A stretch of 64,000 bases of DNA from a virus. This document shows positions 1 to 9,849 of the stretch, one piece after another; positions within the stretch are counted from its first letter, which is position 1; each line of letters begins with the position of its first letter. The position numbers and the translations under genes are program-made. Where the stretch lies: the IMG/VR virus record IMGVR_UViG_3300045970_000591, positions 59,383 through 123,382 of that record, one strand, 5' to 3'. The notes beneath the pieces were generated by a model. That model had not been told where the DNA came from, ran no database searches, and was given only the letters and a program-made list of their open reading frames with translations.

Positions 1-41
1 TATTAGCCCTAGCCGGCAGAAAATAATTTAGGAGAAAAATA

Positions 42-1214
42 ATGGCAACAAAGCTATTTGAATCAAACTGGGGCGCTACAAAACAAGCCCTTTTAGAAGG
101 CCTATCAGGAACCCGCCGCCAATCCATGGACACAGTGTTTGAAAACACTCGTAGATATTTGGCAGAATCGGCAACTGCTGGTGCCACACAATCAGGTAAT
201 ATTGCAGTTCTTAACAAAGTAATGCTACCTTTAATCCGTCGGGTTATGCCGACCGTTATCGCTAACGAAATCATGGGTGTTCAGCCTATGACAGGTCCTG
301 TGGGTCAAATCCACACCCTGCGCGTTCGTTACGCTAACACTGCCGCTGGTGTAACAGCTGGTACAGAAGCACTTGGTCCATTCGAAATTGCTAAGGCATA
401 TTCGGGTAACGAAGTTGCTGCTAATGCCGCAGCCGCATCGACAGCACGTTTAGAAGGCGTACCAGGTAACAAGTTAAGCATCCAAATCTTGAAAGAGACC
501 GTGGAAGCTAAGACACGTAAGTTATCAGCTCGCTGGACATTTGAAGCAGCACAAGATGCTAATGCTATTCATGGTATTGACATCGAAGCAGAAATCATGC
601 AAGCTCTTGCACAAGAAATCACTGTTGAAATCGACCAAGAAATGTTGTTCAAGTTAGGTAGCTTAGTGCCAGTTGCACCAACTACATTCAACCAAGCAGC
701 AGTGTCTGGAACAGCTACTTATGTTGGTGACGAAATGGCCGCTCTTGCAGTCATGATCAACCAGCAAGCAAACTTGATTTCCACTCGCACACGTCGCGGT
801 GCAGCTAACTGGGCAGTTGTTTCGCCAACAGCGTTAACAATTCTTCAGTCTGCTACTACATCGACATTTGCTCGTACCACAGAAGGTACATTCGAAGCAC
901 CTACAAACACAAAGTTTGTTGGTACATTGAACAGCACAATGCGCGTGTATGTGAACCAATACGCAAGTGATGGCGACCCTATTTTGTTAGGTTACAAAGG
1001 CCCAACAGAAACAGACGCAGCAGCTTACTACTGCCCATACATTCCATTGATGAGCATCGGCCCAATCATGGATCCACAGACTTTCGAGCCAGTGGTTTCG
1101 TTCATGACACGCTATGGCTACTTGGAATTGACCAACACAGCAAACAGCTTCGGTAACGCAGCTGACTATTTGTCCAAGGTTGGAATAGACAGCAGCACAT
1201 TGAAATTTTATTGA
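42..1214 (+). CDS. gp23: Major capsid protein, T4 gp23-like
   Basis: PLIRRVMPTVIANEIMGVQPMTGPVGQI, RKLSARWTFEAAQD, YCPYIPL and MTRYG motifs; SD AGGAG upstream. Confidence 0.95.
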   Translation: MATKLFESNWGATKQALLEGLSGTRRQSMDTVFENTRRYLAESATAGATQSGNIAVLNKVMLPLIRRVMPTVIANEIMGVQPMTGPVGQIHTLRVRYANTAAGVTAGTEALGPFEIAKAYSGNEVAANAAAASTARLEGVPGNKLSIQILKETVEAKTRKLSARWTFEAAQDANAIHGIDIEAEIMQALAQEITVEIDQEMLFKLGSLVPVAPTTFNQAAVSGTATYVGDEMAALAVMINQQANLISTRTRRGAANWAVVSPTALTILQSATTSTFARTTEGTFEAPTNTKFVGTLNSTMRVYVNQYASDGDPILLGYKGPTETDAAAYYCPYIPLMSIGPIMDPQTFEPVVSFMTRYGYLELTNTANSFGNAADYLSKVGIDSSTLKFY

Positions 1215-1258
1215 TCAAAAAGGAAGTATTCAACTACTTCCTCGGATAATAAAAATAA

Positions 1259-1285
1259 GAAGCCTCACTTTGTGGGGCTTTTTCT
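1259..1285 (+). terminator. Intrinsic terminator after capsid gene
   Basis: aagcctcac-ttt-gtggggctt hairpin followed by T-tract. Confidence 0.75.
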
Positions 1286-1288
1286 TGA

Positions 1289-2791
1289 CTATATTATATT
1301 TAATATCCATGTAGACTGGCCGCAATCCCAGTATCGTCTATACCCTGCCAAGAACATATTTTCAGCTTGAGATTTAGTTGAATCATAAGTTTTTAACCAT
1401 TTCTGTAGTTGAGCTGTTTGACTTTTATGCCGCGATATAGGGTAGTTTCCGTCGGTCCAATAAAACCCTGGGGCAATATTTCTCGATAATGTAAATCCGA
1501 GTGTTTTATATAGTGCCCCTGTGAATTTACTCATGTCACAATATGATACTATTATTTTATTATTGAATATATTTTTAATGGCGTTAAATAACTTATGTGC
1601 GCCACCTACGACTATATAATCTAATCTTGTGCATACTCTTAATAGTTCGATGTCTGCTATTTTAGAAAAACGAGATTTTCCTATGCTCATTAACATGCAT
1701 AATTCATTATTAAAATATAAACCAACGGCATACGACGATGCAATATACCCCTGCAAATGATTTCTATTTAGAAATGATTTTTCTTCTTCTTTGTCAACTT
1801 GCTTTAATACGAGTTTTCTTGCATATACCTTTGTTGAAATACCTACTTTTGTTTTGATTATAGATTTTATAATATCTGTTTTATTTGCCCACTCAAAATC
1901 GGTTATTTGTATAAGATTAATTCCAGTTTTAATAGCTAAATCGGTTTTATATTTGTGTTTATTCTTATCCTCGATTTTCGGTGTATGAGGGCAATAAGGG
2001 TTGTGCGAATGCCAATACAGGCCATTTAATTCTATTCCCAATCTGTAATCGGAAATATAAATGTCGAGTTCTTTTGATTTTAACACCTCCCAATCACTGT
2101 GTATATATGATATGTCTATGCTATCTAAAAATGCACAAATTTCTTTTTCTTGTATAGAGTATTGTGTTCTTTGTCGAATTGTGAAATTGTGCTTCCTACA
2201 ATACTCACCCACAGTGCCATAATATACATTTAGGTCCTGTGCAATTTCAGTTAATGATTTTTGTTTATCTATGTATTCTTTGTGCAGCCATTTTTCGTCA
2301 TTTAATAATATTTCGTTTTCGGGCGTAAGTTTTGATTTTGATAATGTTTTTCTTACACTGTCTCTTTGCATACTAAAAGGTACACCGAATCGCTGAATCA
2401 TTGTGTCCTCTCGTTTTTTATTTATTATATCATTTTCTTCTTTAGTAGTTTTGCTTTTTGTACTAATGACGCCTGCTGATATATTTTCCTTGGTACACTG
2501 ACACTTATTTGCAGGTCCACAACACACCCATCCTTCGGATATTCTATTGAGCGTTTTTTTATTACCGTATTTACAAATATTACTTTCGCCGTTTAGCGCA
2601 GAGTATATTACTGTAGGATAATGAGTTGATTCGATTAACGTATTATTACTTACCCAAGATGACATATCACTTGATTTTTTAATAATCGATGAGTAATGTT
2701 TCGGTTTTTCTTTTATAATATTTAAAATCTTAGCTCTCATATAACCTTTGATGTTACAGCTTATTATACCGTATTTATGACCTCTAATCAA
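1289..2791 (-). CDS. Hef-like homing endonuclease (PD-(D/E)XK domain plus C-terminal domain); true start may be ATG at 2740
   Basis: ELDIYISDYRLGIELNGLYWHS nuclease motif and FLNRNHLQG...IELLRVCT...SYCD...YKTLGF C-terminus typical of Hef-like phage endonucleases; free-standing, antisense to structural genes. Confidence 0.75.
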   Translation of the reverse strand: MIRGHKYGIISCNIKGYMRAKILNIIKEKPKHYSSIIKKSSDMSSWVSNNTLIESTHYPTVIYSALNGESNICKYGNKKTLNRISEGWVCCGPANKCQCTKENISAGVISTKSKTTKEENDIINKKREDTMIQRFGVPFSMQRDSVRKTLSKSKLTPENEILLNDEKWLHKEYIDKQKSLTEIAQDLNVYYGTVGEYCRKHNFTIRQRTQYSIQEKEICAFLDSIDISYIHSDWEVLKSKELDIYISDYRLGIELNGLYWHSHNPYCPHTPKIEDKNKHKYKTDLAIKTGINLIQITDFEWANKTDIIKSIIKTKVGISTKVYARKLVLKQVDKEEEKSFLNRNHLQGYIASSYAVGLYFNNELCMLMSIGKSRFSKIADIELLRVCTRLDYIVVGGAHKLFNAIKNIFNNKIIVSYCDMSKFTGALYKTLGFTLSRNIAPGFYWTDGNYPISRHKSQTAQLQKWLKTYDSTKSQAENMFLAGYRRYWDCGQSTWILNII

Positions 2792-2840
2792 GAATCCTAA
2801 TATTTAAAATGAAGATAAATAAAGTAATCGGAGTTAATAA

Positions 2841-5186
2841 ATGGTAATCAAAGTCAGCACACTGCTAAAAAGCACTACATCACTATCAGCTGATCCAGCA
2901 CCCAAACTATTTGCGCCATTAGACACAAATAACTTTGCTATTGCAAACGGTGTAAATCCTGTAACAATATCATCAAATAAATATCCAACAACACAAGGCA
3001 GTAACGGACAAGTTTTAACGACAGACGGCACAGGCAACCTATCTTGGGGTGCAGGTGGCGGAAGTGGCTATAGTGGCTATAGCGGATTTAGAGGCTTATC
3101 TGGATATTCGGGATTAAATGGTACCTCTGTTGCATTAAAAGGATCTGTTGCAAACTTTGCAGCACTGCCGTTGGTTGCTACCGCAGGTGATTTATGGGTT
3201 ACATTGGATACAGGTCACGGTTGGGTGTCGGACGGTGCAAACGGCTGGTCAGATGTGGGGCAGATTCAAGGACCAACTGGTATAACAGGCACAAGCGGAT
3301 ATTCAGGTACAAGTGGATATAGCGGTACTAATGGTGCATTTGGTTTCAGTGGATTCAGCGGTACGTCGGGTTATAGTGGCTTTAGCGGTACATCTGGTTT
3401 AGATGGAACAAGTGGCTACAGCGGTGTAAGTGGTTACAGCGGCATTGACGGTGCAGTGGGCACAAGTGGCTACAGCGGGTGGTCAGGTATTAGCGGCGCA
3501 AGCGGTTATAGTGGTGTAAGTGGTTCAAATGGAACTAATGGAACATCCGGTGTAAGTGGATATAGCGGCATCAGTGGAACAAATGGCTACAGTGGCGCAA
3601 CAGGAACAAGTGGCTATAGTGGCGCAACAGGAACAAGCGGTTTCAGTGGTTATAGTGGTGCCGGTGCGGTATTAGGCACAGACATTCAGCGTTGCGGTTT
3701 CTTAAATCAGACAGAAACAACTATTGCCTTCGATGGTACTAATACATTTACGTTAGGTGATGCAGGATCTGGTTGGTCATATTACCTAAACGGTACAAAA
3801 TACACTGTTTCGGGTGCTAAGACTGTCACTTTAAGTGCCACACCTCCCGCTGCAAAAGCAGTTTATTTTATTAGTATTTCAAATAACACAACAGGTACAT
3901 TAAGTGTTTCGACTACTGCCTGGGATTTAACTGATCCACTCACAATACCTGTTGCAATAGTTAACTGGGATAATTCACTAACTCCTAAGTTTTGGTTAGC
4001 AGATGAGCGCCACTCAACTAAGATTGATCGTAGGGTGCATTATTACCTACACTCAACACAAGGTACAAAAGTACAGACAAGTGGTGCTATAGCAGGATAT
4101 ACTGTTTCACCAGCAGTTCCTACTAATGTAAACAATACATTCTCTATAGGCGCAACAGTAATCGAAGACGAAGATATTATTCTAAGTCTTGCAGCATTAG
4201 CAGACCCGAACGGCACTGCAACAGATTATGTAAATCTATATAGAACAGCAGCATCAACCTATGCATGGGCAGTATCTGCATTACCATATCCGTCATCTGC
4301 TACATTTATTCAATATGATAATGCTGGCACACTAACAACAGGCGTTACAGGTAGATTCTATAACTCATATCTATTATATACTGACTACGAAGGTGCAGGA
4401 CGTTACTTAATGGTGCCCGGTAGAGCCCAGTTTACAACTTTAGCCCTTGCACAAGCAGAGAGCCCATCAACATTTGATTGGACAGGTATTGGCATCTCTG
4501 AGTTTGTAATAGCCTACCAATTCACATGGTTTACTGATGTTGCATATACAACAACAGGTAGGGCTAGATTAGCAGCGACACCAGTTAAAGTAAATATATC
4601 AACAGTAAGCGCAACTGCATTGGTAACTGCACCACATAATACCTTAACTGGTTTACAAGGTGGTTTAGTTAGTGAGTATTTCCACTTAACTTCTGCAGAA
4701 TACACCGCACTTCAACTAACAGGTGGGTCAGGGTTCAGTGGATATAGTGGGATAAGTGGTTATAGCGGAGTGTCGGGATACAGCGGGGTCGGTACAAGTG
4801 GCTACTCGGGCACAAATGGATCACAAGGAACAAGTGGTTATAGTGGCATACCGGCAGCAAGAGCGCCGGTAACCATCGGCTACTCAACAACTATAACACC
4901 GAGTGCCACAGGCTCGTTTGCTATCTTTAGAATTGTTGCGACAGGAGATTTAACTATAAACATTCCTACCGGTGGCACAGACGGGGGTGAGATAGAAGTA
5001 TGGGTTACGGCTTCTGGCGTGCCAATAAATCTAAGTTTCCAAGCAGGTATCATCGTCCCAACAACAAGTTCCTTTACATCACCCTACGCAATGGCTATTG
5101 GTAAGAAAGCAAAGATATTGTTGCAGTATGATGCGGTATTAAACAGTGGCCAATGGGAACTAACATCATTTATATATGGATATTAA
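2841..5186 (+). CDS. Collagen-like (Gly-X-Ser)n fibre protein
   Basis: Long SGYSG/SGFSG/SGVSG tracts; internal module shared with 15305..18403; GATAAATA upstream. Confidence 0.75.
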   Translation: MVIKVSTLLKSTTSLSADPAPKLFAPLDTNNFAIANGVNPVTISSNKYPTTQGSNGQVLTTDGTGNLSWGAGGGSGYSGYSGFRGLSGYSGLNGTSVALKGSVANFAALPLVATAGDLWVTLDTGHGWVSDGANGWSDVGQIQGPTGITGTSGYSGTSGYSGTNGAFGFSGFSGTSGYSGFSGTSGLDGTSGYSGVSGYSGIDGAVGTSGYSGWSGISGASGYSGVSGSNGTNGTSGVSGYSGISGTNGYSGATGTSGYSGATGTSGFSGYSGAGAVLGTDIQRCGFLNQTETTIAFDGTNTFTLGDAGSGWSYYLNGTKYTVSGAKTVTLSATPPAAKAVYFISISNNTTGTLSVSTTAWDLTDPLTIPVAIVNWDNSLTPKFWLADERHSTKIDRRVHYYLHSTQGTKVQTSGAIAGYTVSPAVPTNVNNTFSIGATVIEDEDIILSLAALADPNGTATDYVNLYRTAASTYAWAVSALPYPSSATFIQYDNAGTLTTGVTGRFYNSYLLYTDYEGAGRYLMVPGRAQFTTLALAQAESPSTFDWTGIGISEFVIAYQFTWFTDVAYTTTGRARLAATPVKVNISTVSATALVTAPHNTLTGLQGGLVSEYFHLTSAEYTALQLTGGSGFSGYSGISGYSGVSGYSGVGTSGYSGTNGSQGTSGYSGIPAARAPVTIGYSTTITPSATGSFAIFRIVATGDLTINIPTGGTDGGEIEVWVTASGVPINLSFQAGIIVPTTSSFTSPYAMAIGKKAKILLQYDAVLNSGQWELTSFIYGY

Positions 5187-5764
5187 ATATGACAATTCAG
5201 ACACCTAATATTCCGAGAGTGGTTTTATGCACACAAGGCAGGTGTGGTTCTTCGATGATGATGCGTGTATTAGAGGCAGGCGGGCTGACAGTTGATCATT
5301 CCCCTGAGATTCCCGAGGCGATGATTATGTTTAGAAATCCGGGAGGTATGTATGAAAATCGTGTTGCTGTTTTGGATAAAATATTTCTCAACTCTTTTAA
5401 ACTACCGAATGCAGGCCACTTAATAAATGTACCCGATGACTATAGAAGGATTTATATTGGTAGGCCTCTGAGTAAGATTTTAGCATCTTGGAATGATGTG
5501 GCAACTCGTGGTGCAGAACAAGGTCGGAATATGGCTGGGTGGGCTGACACTTCTTGTCAAATGGCTATTGATAGAAATGAAAAATGGACGAAACTTCTTT
5601 CCGTATCAACGGGGTTCCTTATCCTTGACTATGACACGGTAGTTGCAAATCCGGCAGCAATGGCGCGATCTGTTGCAGATCACATAAACACACCTATCTT
5701 TTCATTCAACGAAGCGAATGCAATCGCAGTTGTTGATCGAAGTTTATATTTGGAGAGAATATAA
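5153..5764 (+). CDS. Sulfotransferase-family protein (likely start at MTIQ)
   Basis: N-terminal TQGRCGSSMMMRVL PAPS-binding-loop-like motif and ILDYDTVVANP. Confidence 0.6.
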   Translation: MGTNIIYIWILNMTIQTPNIPRVVLCTQGRCGSSMMMRVLEAGGLTVDHSPEIPEAMIMFRNPGGMYENRVAVLDKIFLNSFKLPNAGHLINVPDDYRRIYIGRPLSKILASWNDVATRGAEQGRNMAGWADTSCQMAIDRNEKWTKLLSVSTGFLILDYDTVVANPAAMARSVADHINTPIFSFNEANAIAVVDRSLYLERI

Positions 5765-6735
5765 TGCCATACGTATATTTTGGTGAGTATCCTAGTGCAG
5801 TTACTGATGGTAACTGGAATACCGTTGGTAACTGGTATTCAGTTAGAGGATTTTATCCATCAAAAGGAACCCCTGTGCCCGGCGTCCTGCTCGGAAGATT
5901 GCCACTAACTACCGAATCTGTAGTCATTAATTCAAACTTATCTACTGGACCAGTATCGGGTAGTTGGACAGGGACTGGCCCGATCTTAACCGATACAGCA
6001 ACATTATCGGCTGCAATGACATTTTCTAACATGGTTGTTCTTCAAAATTCTTCATGTATTACAACAGGCACATTTAATGGCGAGGTTTTCGTGCAAGGTG
6101 GCTCATCCTTTATATCCGGTGGTATATTCAACGGCCCGGTGGTGGGTCATGCTTCGTATATATCGGGTGGGACATTTAATGCTACTACTGCCAGTGGTAT
6201 AAACTCGCAGGATATAACTATATATTTTAATCTTTCAGGTGGGACATTTAATGCTGCTATATCACTGAATTTATATTTAGGTTCGACTCTTTCGGGAGGG
6301 ACATTTAATGCACCACTAACTATACTACTCTCTTCTATCAATATTACTGGTGTGACTTTTAATAATCCGGTGATAATACATGGGCCCTCGGCGCCGGCGC
6401 CACCGGCAATACTATCAGCCGTAACCAACTGCACATTTAATAATACACTCAGCATAAATATTGCTGATTATTCAACTATTATTCAATATTACAGGGATTC
6501 TGGATGCACTTATAACGGTACGATTACAATCATGCGTAATTCCATATCGTTGATTTACTTTTCTCCAACCAGTCGTTATAATCCGATTGCAACAAGAACA
6601 TTAAGTTGGTCAGGAAATCAGCCAGTAATAACATCATCGATTATTGATCCGGGCTTTGCTATTAGCGGTGGAACATTCTCACCAACTTACACCAATGTTG
6701 GTTTTTCTGATGCATTAGGAAGTGGAATGTTATGA
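5764..6735 (+). CDS. Beta-helix repeat virion protein
   Basis: Repeated (I/L)SGGTFNA units; N-terminal DGNWNTVGNW. Confidence 0.55.
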   Translation: MPYVYFGEYPSAVTDGNWNTVGNWYSVRGFYPSKGTPVPGVLLGRLPLTTESVVINSNLSTGPVSGSWTGTGPILTDTATLSAAMTFSNMVVLQNSSCITTGTFNGEVFVQGGSSFISGGIFNGPVVGHASYISGGTFNATTASGINSQDITIYFNLSGGTFNAAISLNLYLGSTLSGGTFNAPLTILLSSINITGVTFNNPVIIHGPSAPAPPAILSAVTNCTFNNTLSINIADYSTIIQYYRDSGCTYNGTITIMRNSISLIYFSPTSRYNPIATRTLSWSGNQPVITSSIIDPGFAISGGTFSPTYTNVGFSDALGSGML

Positions 6736-6854
6736 TTGGTAAAGCAGGAGCAACGGGATGTGGTGGCGGTGGTGGTGGTGGATGCCTTACCGGCGGTGTA
6801 GGTGGATCTGGTGGCCGCGGTGGCAACGGTATAGCAATATTGACTTCTTGGTAA
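6732..6854 (+). pseudogene. 40-aa glycine-rich ORF resembling an orphan C-terminus of a Gly-rich tail protein
   Basis: Manual translation MIGKAGATGCGGGGGGGCLTGGVGGSGGRGGNGIAILTSW; ATGA overlap with upstream stop. Confidence 0.4.
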
Positions 6855-6865
6855 TAAGGAAAAAT

Positions 6866-7486
6866 ATGAAAGCATTATGGTATAAAATATTTGATTGGGT
6901 TGTAACTCGTATAGGAAACACAACTTGGAAGTTTAAGAATGGTTTAACGCAAGAAGAAAAGGATATTATTCGTGCTAAACTTGTGCCTAACTATTACATT
7001 ATACTTACAAGAAGTAACAATCATTTAGCAACATTTTTCATAGGACTTGCAACATTTGCACTGTCTTGGAAGTGGGGATTCTGGCCGCATGTTTTAATGA
7101 ATCTTGAAGACGAGTTAAAGACAGATACTGATTTTAGATTAGTTGAAGCTACGAAGAAAGGTATACATTATTCAACCTTTGACGAAGTGTTTACCACAAA
7201 CAGTGTAGCATTACTTAAACCTAAGTCCATGACTGTAGAACATTGGACAGAGGTAATGGATAAGGCAAAGACTGAGTTAGGCAAACCATATGACACACTA
7301 TTTGATCTCAAGAATGATAATGCATTAAGTTGTGTAGAGTTGGTTAGAACAGCATTAATGGCTGAACCACACTATGCAGAAGACTTTGCTAACTTCGAAG
7401 CAATGATTGCTCATAATAAAAATCTAACACCAGATATGTTTTATAGCTGCCCGGACTTTGAAGTGGTGTTTGAAATCAGACGATAG
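6866..7486 (+). CDS. Permuted papain-like (NlpC/P60, YiiX/YaeF-type) amidase
   Basis: GFWPHV (His) precedes ELGKPYD...LSCVELV (Cys); start reassigned to ATG 6866 with SD AAGGA. Confidence 0.75.
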   Translation: MKALWYKIFDWVVTRIGNTTWKFKNGLTQEEKDIIRAKLVPNYYIILTRSNNHLATFFIGLATFALSWKWGFWPHVLMNLEDELKTDTDFRLVEATKKGIHYSTFDEVFTTNSVALLKPKSMTVEHWTEVMDKAKTELGKPYDTLFDLKNDNALSCVELVRTALMAEPHYAEDFANFEAMIAHNKNLTPDMFYSCPDFEVVFEIRR

Positions 7487-7922
7487 GGTGTTGGCTAAGT
7501 ATTTGATTAATCTTAGATACTGCTTTTTGATTACAGAAACTTATTTTAGCACCTTGGTGCATTGGTTTCGGCCAATCGCCTAAGTTTATCCAACAATACC
7601 CGCAGCTTTCGTGATTTAGTATAGGTATAAACTCTGATTTTACAACCGACACAAACGAATAATATTTGAAGTGTTTATCTCTGCTTTGGTAAGAGTCAAA
7701 CGGATATATTTTTTCTATATCAGGTATTTCTCCCATTTCTTCAGACAGTTCACGCAATAATGCTTCTTTAGGCTGTTCGCCTGATTCCATCATTCCGCCC
7801 CACAACGACCACTCCATTGCATGTGTCTTATGTGGTGCTCTTAGATTAAGTAATACGCGATTTGTTTCTGTGGAAATAAAAACTGTACCTACACCTATTT
7901 TATCTGTATCATTTGTATACAT
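7476..7922 (-). CDS. NUDIX hydrolase
   Basis: Nudix box GGMMESGEQPKEALLRELSEEMG. Confidence 0.9.
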   Translation of the reverse strand: MYTNDTDKIGVGTVFISTETNRVLLNLRAPHKTHAMEWSLWGGMMESGEQPKEALLRELSEEMGEIPDIEKIYPFDSYQSRDKHFKYYSFVSVVKSEFIPILNHESCGYCWINLGDWPKPMHQGAKISFCNQKAVSKINQILSQHPIV

Positions 7923-8210
7923 TTATAACCTGCTCTTCATGTCTTGTATTTTATTTAATATAGTGGCCGCTTTTTCTTTTAGTAGTCTAGTAGATTCATC
8001 ATCTGAAAAAGTCGCATCTATTATATTTTGTAAATTCTGTTCTGCATATTCTATAGTAGGTAACCATGTTTGCCGTCTAAATAAACTTTTAGTACCATAT
8101 AAAATCGTAAATATTCCTGATATCTTTTTGAATTCGGCGTCTATATCTAACTCAATACCCTTTATTTTAGCCCATATTTCGTCCTGCCCGTCGATTTCGT
8201 TTATTTTCAT
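7923..8210 (-). CDS. Hypothetical protein with MKINEI N-terminus
   Basis: ORF packed within the minus-strand operon. Confidence 0.55.
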   Translation of the reverse strand: MKINEIDGQDEIWAKIKGIELDIDAEFKKISGIFTILYGTKSLFRRQTWLPTIEYAEQNLQNIIDATFSDDESTRLLKEKAATILNKIQDMKSRL

Positions 8211-8211
8211 A

Positions 8212-8406
8212 TCAGCTCTTGATAGATAATAAAACTGATGTTACCTCGGGACTAACCGGTGAATTGCCTATTGTATTTTTCATATATATTAGCAACTGAT
8301 CTAGTTTATTATTTGTGAGTTTTATATCATTGCTGATGTTGTCCAGATGGTTTATTAAACTTACTTCCGTTTTTAATTCGTTTATTTTATTTTTCATATT
8401 AATCAT
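8212..8406 (-). CDS. Small hypothetical protein
   Basis: ORF coupled to flanking genes. Confidence 0.45.
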   Translation of the reverse strand: MINMKNKINELKTEVSLINHLDNISNDIKLTNNKLDQLLIYMKNTIGNSPVSPEVTSVLLSIKS

Positions 8407-9845
8407 TCGTAAACATCTATCGTGCCATCTGCTGTTTTTATAATATTATCGATGCGCCATTTTCCTGGGCCATACTCTCCATAGTATGTATAGGACCATA
8501 CCTTGTCTTTGAACATATATTGCACACCTGTGGTGTTATTTACCAGATATTGTGTGCCCGTAGAATTTCGTGAATCAAATATAACAACCCACTTTATTCC
8601 GTTATATTCTATAACATCATTTGGATATACTATCAACCCCACACCCCACGGACTTGTCGATACACCCGGTGGAATAGCAAGGCCATTAGTTGCAGCATTA
8701 GCAGATGTTATAAGATATCGCTGTCCTGCCACCGCTACAGGAAGGCCAGCACCCGGCATAACTTCAACAGGATCAATAATATCACTTATGGGTAAAATCG
8801 TTGTAGCAGGAAGTGAATCGACATCGGGTGTAAAAATAAGCACGTTTTTTCTATCTAAATCTTGTGTTATATCGCCTATAACGTCAGAATAGCTAATGTC
8901 TATGTTAGGGTCTATTTTTAGCCGGATTTTGGTTATATTAGTGCTTATTTGCCCGTATGCAGCAATGAGAGTCTGCCAGCTAAGTTCTGGTAAAACTGAT
9001 CCGTCTGCATTTATTAATGTAATCTCGTCCCTGTTATTATTTCTTTCTACACGTATTTTATAGTTGCCCTCTGTAGTAATAATCTGTGTAGGAACAGCAT
9101 TCATTGATGTTCTAAATGCATCGTAGTTCCCGTTCATACTTTCTTCAAGTCCGGTGATTTCTATATCACTAAACACATTTGTGACGATCTCAGCAACAAG
9201 CGTACTTCTTTTAACTTTTGCAGGAGGGTTTATCCATACAGGAACTTTAAATCTCCAACTCATTACATCACGTTCAATCTCTCCGCCTTGAGGAATAGAT
9301 CTATTTGTCCAGGTAGTATTATCCATCCATACTTCGAATATACTTGTCCAATCTAATAAGTTATTGTTTTGCTGTAGTTGAATAGATGGGTTAAAAATAG
9401 AATCTATTTGTTCTTTTATTTGAAACTTAGTTGTTGTGTTTGTTGTCCAGCAGTCTAACTTGAGTATCATTTCATACGGCACAGGCATGTATCTTTCTAC
9501 ATCATATCTTATGCCGGGTTGATTGGTGTATTGCCCTGTCATATGATCAACTGCTCTCTCCATAGTAGATACCTTTCCTACAAACTGAGAATCTTGCCTG
9601 CGGGTTGGATCCATATTTATTGCCTCTATATACGCACTAAACATAGGTGACGGCATTAGTGTATTTTCACTTACACCTTTGATGATTTGTGCAACCATAG
9701 ACGATGGATCGCCGTAAACTATAGGCACACGTTTGATTTCGTATGCACCATTTGCATCTGGTCCTGACTTATATTTTATATCAGAGAACATCCGTATAAA
9801 CTGTACCAGATAACGGCGGTACTGAGAATCATAGTGAAAATCCAT
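8403..9845 (-). CDS. Tail terminator / sheath stabiliser, T4 gp15-like, with C-terminal extension
   Basis: YDSQYRRYLVQFIRMFS...VPIVYGDP and VPYEMILKLDCWT...EQIDSIFNPS resemble gp15; adjacent to gp14-like gene. Confidence 0.7.
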   Translation of the reverse strand: MDFHYDSQYRRYLVQFIRMFSDIKYKSGPDANGAYEIKRVPIVYGDPSSMVAQIIKGVSENTLMPSPMFSAYIEAINMDPTRRQDSQFVGKVSTMERAVDHMTGQYTNQPGIRYDVERYMPVPYEMILKLDCWTTNTTTKFQIKEQIDSIFNPSIQLQQNNNLLDWTSIFEVWMDNTTWTNRSIPQGGEIERDVMSWRFKVPVWINPPAKVKRSTLVAEIVTNVFSDIEITGLEESMNGNYDAFRTSMNAVPTQIITTEGNYKIRVERNNNRDEITLINADGSVLPELSWQTLIAAYGQISTNITKIRLKIDPNIDISYSDVIGDITQDLDRKNVLIFTPDVDSLPATTILPISDIIDPVEVMPGAGLPVAVAGQRYLITSANAATNGLAIPPGVSTSPWGVGLIVYPNDVIEYNGIKWVVIFDSRNSTGTQYLVNNTTGVQYMFKDKVWSYTYYGEYGPGKWRIDNIIKTADGTIDVYE

Positions 9846-9849
9846 TGTA

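Noticed and set aside
6758-6865. Trp/Arg-rich N-terminal extension in the ORF track
   Set aside because: Off-frame reading of the Gly-rich mini-ORF; real start is ATG 6866 with SD
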